Positions 54,927 through 64,000 of a DNA stretch of 64,000 bases are shown here, piece after piece (positions within the stretch are counted from its first letter, which is position 1; every line of letters starts with the position of its first letter). Both the position numbers and the translations under genes were made by a program. The stretch lies in the NCBI RefSeq assembly GCF_006345805.1, contig NC_043000.1, positions 162,440,001-162,504,000 on the forward strand. The letters are read 5' to 3'. Below the pieces are notes generated by a model. That model was not told the origin of the DNA, did no database searches, and saw only the letters and a list, made by a program, of their open reading frames with translations. This DNA comes from Octopus sinensis (Eukaryota).

Positions 54927-55150
54927 TCCTATATTAATTATCGTGTCTTATCGCTCCTCTTTACACTGCTAATAACCCTAGGAGAGGCTAATTTTGATCA
55001 AAAGACAGAACTCCGAATAATCGAGTTCACCTAATTTTGATGAATATTGGTATTAATATATTTAAGATAAAGGCAGCGAGATCCTATTTCAATTATCGTT
55101 TCTTATCGCTGCACTTACACCGCTAATAATCTTAGGAAAAGCTTAATTGT
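54927..55150. repeat. Diverged ~70-bp direct duplication, 155-bp offset
   Basis: TCCTAT..AATTATCGT.TCTTATCGCT...TTACAC.GCTAATAA..CTAGGA-like block at 54927 and 55082. Confidence 0.7.
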
Positions 55151-55962
55151 CACATATTCTTACGCTATATTTCCTATATATTGGCATAGATCCTTAGATT
55201 TATAGAAAAGAAAGGAAGACCATGTAAAGATATTCTTACAACTTCCAAAAGTGCCAATAGGGTAAGTGCTATAAAATAGCAATAAACGTGCAATCATCAT
55301 TCGGACATCTTGCTAATCATCCACTCTTGGATGTAAGAGCATTTCATTTTAATTACCTGCGGGTTAATTTCCATACACTTCAGCACTCGCTATTTGTCAT
55401 CTATTAATTTTGGATTTCTCGGTTTTATATTCTTCCTTTAACAGTTTCATGGATTCACTTTAGAGCTATCAAGACACTGTTGTACGAGAAATGGGTCATA
55501 AATATTTCTGGTTCTCCAAGAGCCAGCCGAAAATAGCACGCCAATATTGATTGGTAATAAAAATTAAAATGAAAATAGACGTCGATTTCGTTTGAGTAGC
55601 TTTCGTTCACATGTCAACAACATCTCACATCTTTTTCAACACACTTTTATTGTTTCAAGCTGCAAGAAAGTATTTTCGTTTTGTTTTGGTTGTTTTTTCG
55701 TTTCACTATTAGAGAAAGTGAGTTGTAATGTTATTGGTCCAGCAATCAATAAACATTGTGACACTACAGAGAAAGCAAAACGCGAATTTACCTTTTGCAA
55801 GGAGCCTGTGAGAAACTATACTCACGCAGACACATGGACATATACGCATGCAGATAAACGTATGCACACATGAGCGCGCGCGTGTGCGTTCGTGTGTGTG
55901 TGTGTGCGTGTGCGTGTACTTGCTTTTGTGTGTGGGCGTACCAGTAGGTATGCCAGTATATG

Positions 55963-56006
<44 letters not shown>

Positions 56007-56260
56007 CACACATTTTTGCCTGCGTGAGCGTATACGTGCGTTCATGCATGCGTGTATATGTGTGTTTGTTAGTGCGCGCGCGTGTGTGTGCAGTTCTAAT
56101 TTTTTGTGCAAATATATTGTGAATAGTTTCGTGAAAATCCTGCCAAGTTGCTTTATAAACCTGAACATAATGTCAAATTAAAATCTATAATAGAACAAAA
56201 TCATGTAAACAGAAGGGACTGTAAGATGTAGCCAACCATTCAACCACACATCATCTAGCC

Positions 56261-56280
56261 ATCAATCAATCAATCAATCA

Positions 56281-56347
<67 letters not shown>

Positions 56348-56349
56348 AA

Positions 56350-56397
<48 letters not shown>

Positions 56398-56399
56398 AA

Positions 56400-56482
<83 letters not shown>
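56261..56482. repeat. (ATCA)n(ATCT)n microsatellite
   Basis: Direct reading. Confidence 0.95.
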
Positions 56483-59400
56483 ACACACGCACACATCCAT
56501 ATTTACATATATGCATTCTTCATTATTTCCGCAACGCTGATTTATGTATCAAGTAGCCTATTGGTTATAAGAAAATAGACGCATTTGTTGCCTTCATTGT
56601 CAGGTCCTAAGGAAATAACCTCAGAAACCTACTCGTTCTATATATTCTTGTAATTGTTAAAGACTTGTAAAATCTAATAGGGTACTTATTTTACTTGGCT
56701 ATAATAATGAAGCACGTTAAAGTTAGAGGTTACATCATAACCTCACTGTATTGTTATTCGGAAATTTAACCTAAGATTTTCCCTTTTCCCCATTTACAAC
56801 GACTTGAGTTAAAACCACCTCAAAATAGAGAATATTCTAGATGATAGAGCTGGGTACCAGCCATGCACATCTCAGAATATGGAAGTGTCTGTTTTGAGAT
56901 TCATTCCAGTGAAAGACCATATATGTTGAAAGCATAAATACATGTTGGTGAACTGATTTAGTTTAATTTTCATAGGGTGCAGGTGTGCTAGTAATTATTT
57001 AACAATTATTAGCAAACTAACAACTATACTAATTATCTACCGTGAGACAAGGAGCAGTCGCTAACTTTACAACAGATGAAAACCAAACCACTTTCAAATT
57101 TTGCAGAGGCGAAAGTCTCGTTGTATTTTGTGATTCTGTATCACACAGTTTGTAAAAGAAAACCAAAGATTGGTAACAGCACTAATTTCTATTATCGTAA
57201 ATCTTTTAGCTTTTCGTATGAACAATAGCAGTGTGATTGGATAACGTAAACCTTGATATTCAATGTCCAAGAGAATAATAGGACGTGGAGAGTAATATAG
57301 CTGGAATGCCATTCATTGCAAGATCGAGATTGACCACGGATTAAACAATAACAAAGATGATGACAGCTTTGCAACAATAATAATAATAATGCCAATGAAC
57401 TATACAATGCTAATGGTTATTCCATTTTAGCATATTATCGATTGAATCTAAAGAAACTAAGATATATATATAAAACAAAACGTTGTTCTTTGCACATTTG
57501 CTTAATGCTACTTAGAAAGACATATACATCAAGCAATCCCATTTTTGAACTGCTATAAACCTGATTATCATCCCTCTACCATGTTTGCTATCACTGGAAT
57601 TCTTGGAATGTTATTACATTACTAAAAGTTTGGTGAATTAGCAGAAATGATAGAGAATCAGGTAATGTTTTACACCCTTATATTTCATGTTGCTAATTAT
57701 CTGAAAGATTATGTCGTGAAGAAAAAAAAAAGTCAGCCGTTCCACAATCCTGAAGGCATATTGCTAAAACAAACGAATCTCACTGATCCTCTAGATAAAT
57801 TAAATGTTTCTCATGGAGTTCTCATGATCAGACTGGAAAACCCTTATGATCATCAATAGATGCTGTTTAAGTATAAACTTTTGAAGATGCAAACGGCCAA
57901 TCGCAACTGCATATTGTGAAAATCGATTCCTCTTAGTTATGTAGCATTATCAACAATATTATCGCTAATATACTTTTACTAAATTTGATTGTATCTATCA
58001 CAATTTCTTCTCATCCACAAATGACACCCTGTATCAAAGGAACACATATAAATTATGTATGTACACCCACTCACAAACAATTGCATATACATATTATATA
58101 TAAAATTCTCCCAATAAGCATATTTATCACATGTACGTATGTATGTACGTATGCATACATTCATGTATGTATGAATGTATGTATGTATTTATATATATAT
58201 ATGTATATATGTATATATATATAATGATATATACACACGCGAACACATATACATCCATGCCTATATATTGCATATAGGTACGTACTTCTGTATATATAAT
58301 ATACACACACATATATGTATACAGATATGTATATGTGTGTGTGTTTGCCTCTCTGTATGGGTGTACCGGTGGGTGTGCCAGTATATGTGTGTGCGTGTGT
58401 ATGTGTGGGCGTGTATGTTTATTTGTGTGTGTGTGTGTGTTTATCTGAGTCAGAGACTAGATACAGAACGTGTGCAACATTTAGTTCAGTGCAGTATCGA
58501 TCAGTTTTGGAATGCCATCGAAATCATTTGTGGTAGTCCTTCCTTGTTTCTTATTCCAGTAAGTTTTAGCTCACACAGATTCAATCGATTTCGCACCAAT
58601 TAATAACTGTGGAAAGGTAACACATTCTGAATTTCTCACAGGAACACATTAGATCTCGCTGCGAAGCTGGTGAACTATATTAAATTACAAAACTGTTTGT
58701 CTCCGTTACAATACTTGGTTTCATTTCATTTATATTTTTCATTTTCATACAGCTTTTCATATAGTTGTGACAATTGGTTTGTCAGATATTTGGGTGTCAA
58801 AAGAAGATCCACTCTCGCCAGTCTATAATTTATTGATATTGTGAGAGAAAGAGAAATAGAAAGTTAGTGCGTGCGTGTGTGTGTGTGTGTTTGTATATGC
58901 AAGAGAGGGGAGGAATGAGAAAGAGGAGAGAGAGAAGAGTGAGAGAGAGAGAGGAGACAGAGAGAGTGGAAGAGTGATACTCGGATTCCTAATATTATAT
59001 ATCTATCTATATATTATTTATCTCACGGGACGGTGAAAACAAACAGGAAGGGCTACTAAGCCTAACGAGGTTGTGGTGGCGTACGCGTATACCAAGTATG
59101 GACACTCTCTCTCCCTCACTCCTCCTCTTGCTCACGTATCTCCCACGTGACCATCGACCATCTTTCTTCTAACTTGTGTTTCTTTCTCTCTGTTGTAGCT
59201 GGAACAAGGAAGATGTGTTCTTGTCTGTCTCCTGTCCAAGCTTGATTTACGCATTTGCCACCACAATCACGTGTAAGCTTAGCAGCCCATCCTGTTTGTT
59301 TTCACTGTTCTGCTTGTATTACCAATTCCGACCTCCCGCAAAATCTCAAATTTTCTTTTATTTGCTTTACGAGAGCAACTGTTTCATCGAAAGCGTATAT

Positions 59401-59584
59401 TGTTGTTAAATGCTCGAAATACGCGAGTGGAAAAACAGCCAACAACTGTTGAATGGTCGTTCTTTATGTTGTTTGCTTTGTGTTTCATTTGTGCCTTTCG
59501 TTGTTCAAAAATAGTTCATATTCCATGTACTCGTACTTCGTATTTTTTTGTTGTACACGTCTGATGAGATCCTGTGCTCACATA

Positions 59585-59624
<40 letters not shown>

Positions 59625-59651
59625 TATATATAAATATATATATATAAATAT

Positions 59652-59715
<64 letters not shown>

Positions 59716-59988
59716 TGTAACTACGTACATATACATATACATATGTATATATGCAAATTATATATATATATATATGTAATGTGAAATAGAAAGATGAATA
59801 ATCTTGTAGTAGATTAATCAAAAGTTTAACCGATACCTTAGTAGCAAAAATCACAGCAGTAAACAGCACGGTTGGAGGTACAACCATCTGGCGTTACAAC
59901 CGTGCGTTGGTGCGGATAATTAAAATTTAAACATTATTGGTGAATTGTAGAAATGGAGCTGAACGCAGATTGAACAGAAATCGTTTTA

Positions 59989-60077
59989 TTTCATTCTACA
60001 CGTGTTTCGAAAGGCACAAATTACCAAAATCCGATTGAATAATGGGACCATATTGTGTCTTTCTCTTCAGGAAGAAA
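59989..60077 (-). ncRNA. Type I hammerhead ribozyme, sense to the GIY-YIG ORF
   Basis: Reverse complement of 61675-61763. Confidence 0.85.
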
Positions 60078-60678
60078 AAAGGAAATCCGTTGGAAACACA
60101 AAAACAGAACAGAGGCGGAGCAAAAAACAAATCGAACTGTGCTCCTAAGAGCCCATGGCGAAACTGTTTATCAGTGTATGTTGAGAACCGGTGGCTGAAG
60201 AATTCAACGGGTCAGGCATCGGTCAATCATGTGGGTGAGGGTGTATAGATGTTCTTTGTGACCGAGAATAAAGTTCTGACTATTTAAGGAATATTGGATG
60301 TTTTATAAGGGGCGAGAAAAAATCTACTTAGAGACGTGTGTGTGTGTATACTGTTCTATATATGTGTGTGTTGCGTAGGGGTAGAAAACATTTTTTGTGT
60401 ACGTGTGTGCGTTTGATCGTTCGGCTGTCAGTGGCTACTGCCGTGATAACCGTTGGGTGGCAGAAAGAAAAAAATAAAAAAATATATATATATTATGTTT
60501 TATGTGTGTGTGTGTTCATCTGAGCCTGCCTTGTCAAGGAAACCCCCCGCTGTGAGAAAACCAAGCCCCGTTTGTCTTACAGGAGTAATTCCCCTTGCAG
60601 TGGTTAATCGTAGATATCTTAAAGGCTATTTCAGAATTTGTTACCAAGGGCTATGGGTGCCGGTATTATTTATAAACG

Positions 60679-61113
60679 CTATTTAAAGGCCAGGAAAGTG
60701 TAACGCCGCCAATGGGGGCATCGAAAAGCCGACTGTAAGAGCCCGTTTACCATCCGGCCTCTGGCAAACAAAATATGGAAGAGTTCGGAGACACAAAGGT
60801 TGCACTGTCTTCTGCCCCTATCAAATGGGAGGGCCACCGACAAAATTGACCATTCCAGCCTATAGCTTAAGTTCGCATCCTTCAGTCGCCATATTAGCTT
60901 ACTGAGTCCCGTGGTCTGGCGCTTGTTCACGTCCCGAAAAGTTGCGTAATGGTTGGAGACACGCAAAGACAATCTTGAGGATGATGCCCCTACATAAGTG
61001 AAGGCATCTGAGTCCGTGTAAACCTTGCATTGGTAGACGGCGTTTTTGATCTTGGAGTTCGCCTTTAAATAGCGTTTATAAATAATACCGGCACCCATAG
61101 CCCTTGGTAACAA
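60679..61113 (-). CDS. GIY-YIG endonuclease domain of a Penelope-like element (144-aa open frame; first ~18 aa come from the inverted arm)
   Basis: NAVYQCKV...TYVGASSSRLSLRVSNH (GIY-YIG plus R..R..H), LSKLIW, WSIL, CNLCVSE, RCPH. No stop codon. Expression unproven. Confidence 0.8.
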   Translation of the reverse strand: MLPRAMGAGIIYKRYLKANSKIKNAVYQCKVYTDSDAFTYVGASSSRLSLRVSNHYATFRDVNKRQTTGLSKLIWRLKDANLSYRLEWSILSVALPFDRGRRQCNLCVSELFHILFARGRMVNGLLQSAFRCPHWRRYTFLAFK

Positions 61114-61674
61114 ATTCTGAAATAGCCTTTAAGATATCTACGATTAACCACTGCAAGGGGAATTACTCCTGTAAGACAAACGGGGCTTGGTTTTCTCACA
61201 GCAGGGGGTTTCCTTGACAAGGCAGGCTCAGATGAACACACACACACATAAAACATAATATATATATATTTTTTTATTTTTTTCTTTCTGCCACCCAACG
61301 GTTATCACGGCAGTAGCCACTGACAGCCGAACGATCAAACGCACACACGTACACAAAAAATGTTTTCTACCCCTACGCCAACACACACATATATAGAACA
61401 GTATACACACACACACGTCTCTAAGTAGATTTTTTCTCGCCCCTTATAAAACATCCAATATTCCTTAAATAGTCAGAACTTTATTCTCGGTCACAAAGAA
61501 CATCTATACACCCTCACCCACATGATTGACCGATGCCTGACCCGTTGAATTCTTCAGCCACCGGTTCTCAACATACACTGATAAACAGTTTCGCCATGGG
61601 CTCTTAGGAGCACAGTTCGATTTGTTTTTTGCTCCGCCTCTGTTCTGTTTTTGTGTTTCCAACGGATTTCCTTT

Positions 61675-61763
61675 TTTCTTCCTGAAGAGAAAGACACAAT
61701 ATGGTCCCATTATTCAATCGGATTTTGGTAATTTGTGCCTTTCGAAACACGTGTAGAATGAAA
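61675..61763 (+). ncRNA. Type I hammerhead ribozyme with extended helix II
   Basis: TTC-CTGAAGA-GAAAGACACAA...TTGTGCCTTTC-GAAAC-ACGT-GTA-GAA. Palindromic ACGT loop, GUA triplet. Confidence 0.85.
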
Positions 61764-61819
61764 TAAAACGATTTCTGTTCAATCTGCGTTCAGCTCCATT
61801 TCTACAATTCACCAATAAT

Positions 61820-61861
<42 letters not shown>

Positions 61862-62029
61862 GAGACGACCCCAGTTCATCAACGTCACTCGGGCTCATCA
61901 CAGATTTCGCATAAGACACAGGTATACAGGTATAAAAGAAGGTAAGAGACGTATTGCACACCACAGACTTATAGGTGCTCGGATAATTTAACAATGTAAC
62001 AGAAATATAGTTTAAATATAACAATTACT

Positions 62030-63050
62030 TCATTTATCTATGAATCCCAGTCGTCTGGGTTTGATGCCTCGTGCGTGCAACACATTCTTGTTGTCCAAGT
62101 CGCTTAAAATGGTTTTCTCGATGGAAATACGAGCCAGTCAAGACAGCCATCCTTGGGCCATTGTGCTTCTCAGATATGAGCGGATTCTATACAACTTCTC
62201 TCATTAGAGACTGATGTTAAGGGGTGGGACCGCACTAGCTTAAAAAGTCAAATGGTTTCCAGCATAGCGGGTGTAATTAATTTATGCACCTCTGACTCTT
62301 TTCTTGGAGGAGGATCGGACTCATCTGCCTGTACAATGACAGCAGCTGTATCGTGCAGAATGTTTTCCTTACGATAACCTTCAGCACAATGAATGAAGTC
62401 ATTGAGTTTACTCTGACCATGCTTTATATCGAGTAGCTTTCACTGCAGGATATCAAAGATTTTTCCAGCTTGAGAAAGTATGTTACGAAAGCAATTGATG
62501 AAAAATACGTGAAATCATTCAACTTTGTCAATAGATTGTCTGTTTGACAAAGTGTATCTTCATCCTACTTTTCACAAGAACCTAGAATACTTGTGAGGGC
62601 ATTTTTCAATTTTTTATGCAACAGTTTTATGGATGACACATTTCTTGATCTATAGCACCATCTTGTTTCGCACAGTAATGGAATACTGACGTTAAACTGC
62701 CTAAAAGCGTTTTTCCACCTGGTGCTGGAAGATGTAAATTTACTACATGCTCGTAAATGAGAAAAAAATCATTTTTACTCCACCCACCTTCTCGGCACTT
62801 TTACTCAAGACTAACTTAAGTCTATGGGCATAGCAGTGAATGAAGAACGCGTATTTAAATCCTTTGTCCTTTAGCTTGCTCTGTACTTCGTTTAGCGTTC
62901 CTGCCATTGCAGCTGCTCCGTCGTAATTCTGGCTCATTAATTCATCTGTAGCATCACTGAAGGAGTTCAACGCTGTTGCGATCACGTCAGTCAGTCTTGT
63001 AACACTTTTATCGTCACCGACTTCATAGAACCCAAGAACTACGACGCCTG
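62030..63050 (-). pseudogene. hAT transposase relic (Tip100/ZMYM1-like)
   Basis: QNYDGAAAMAG...FIHCYAHRLKLVL and the C-terminal dimerisation-like RIRSYLRSTMAQGWLS at ~62140-62190. Frameshifted. Confidence 0.85.
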
Positions 63051-63109
63051 ACAGCAAAAGTGTGCCTCCCTCAGTTTCTAACCGCCTGACCGAGGATTTT
63101 CCTCTATTT

Positions 63110-63300
63110 AGCAAGGAGTGGGTACTATGCTAGGTTCTGTGGCTGCTGTTCATGCCACAGCTTGCTCTGTGAGTCATCAAAAGTCATTCTCAAACTTGAC
63201 CTTAAGAACGCTTTTAACTACATCAGTCAAGACGTCATCCTCCGCGTAGTAAGGGAGAATTCACCACCATTTTATCACTTTGCTTGGCAAGCCTATCGGC
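63110..63300 (+). pseudogene. RT fragment of a CRE-like non-LTR retrotransposon
   Basis: GVGTMLGSVAAVHAT then (frameshift) VILKLDLKNAFNYISQDVILRVV...AWQAY. Confidence 0.65.
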
Positions 63301-63575
63301 ATGGTCACCCGGAGGCGCCCTCTGCGGGAACGGTCTGCAGTGCTGTTGGTGTTGTATCACTGTTGCAGGCGATTGATGGCGCTGACATGGATATTGTAAG
63401 CTTTTGGAACAACCAGAGAACGCTGTCGTACTTGCAATCGGCCAACACCCTGAAATTTGGGTCTCAGCCATAAACCAGCAGGTCTTGAAAAATTTACGCT
63501 TACATCCCCGAAATAAATGTATACCACATAAAAATGATTTTTAAAAATATCACGTTTCTTTTGCTGTTCAGTGTA

Positions 63576-63610
<35 letters not shown>

Positions 63611-64000
63611 ATAGTCAGAGATTTCCTTTTACAAGAACGTAATGTACTTTAATGCAGTTGATTTACAATAACAATACTGATATCCTGCATTTAGGATGTT
63701 TACTTGGTACATCAGATATGATCTTCTCTTACAAAATCAGTAAAAAAAGACAATATTTGTGGACAATTGCTTGAAAATCTAGGGATTCTCTATCTAGAAT
63801 ATTAATTATATTCATAATTTATTTAACAAATTTATAGCTATATTTGTTTGTGCATTTGATGTTAGCAAATGTTTAAGAGTTGTTTTCGAAAATCTCGGCT
63901 TTTCAGATAAAGAATGTGACCAGCTAGTCCCCATTTTACAAATACAAATTCGAAGCAGAAGGGTTAAAATGTGCTACAAAAGTTTCCAGGGCTCGATTTA

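Larger units (their letters stand above)
59777..61824 (-). mobile_element. Young 5'-truncated Penelope-like element with inverted pseudo-LTR (foldback), inserted in (TA)n
   Basis: Arms 59928-60690 and 61061-61824 are reverse complements (I saw about 2 differences). 370-bp loop with GIY-YIG, 150-bp tail 59777-59927, (TA)n on both sides. Confidence 0.92.

Noticed and set aside
60042-61710. Identical ORF pairs 60042-60248/61504-61710 and 60453-60686/61065-61298 as duplicated genes
   Set aside because: They are by-products of the inverted arms and have no protein motifs.
59928-61824. DNA transposon with long TIRs
   Set aside because: No DDE transposase is present. The one-sided tail, GIY-YIG and HHRs fit a PLE with an inverted pseudo-LTR better.

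Overview
AT-rich eukaryotic DNA that is almost entirely non-genic: dense microsatellites, tRNA-derived SINEs and transposon relics, with one 100-N gap. The repeat repertoire suggests an octopus or other cephalopod (inference only). I can support no intact host gene, and nearly all long ORFs in the track are microsatellite artefacts. Recognisable elements are mariner (full-length, fragment and MITE), Chapaev3-like and hAT transposase relics, a hAT MITE, two non-autonomous Helitron-like elements, L1/Tx1-like and CRE-like RT fragments, and three SINE families. The main signal is a set of Penelope-like element (PLE) ends carrying minimal type I hammerhead ribozyme (HHR) motifs. These include a near-perfect 1.9-kb foldback whose 370-bp loop encodes a GIY-YIG endonuclease with an HHR in each arm, two smaller foldbacks of the same design in (TA)n tracts, HHR cores with apparent 3-8 covariation (C3-G8, U3-A8, G3-C8), and a tRNA-headed Pol III SINE that ends in an HHR tail. 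All ribozyme calls were folded by eye and their activity is untested.
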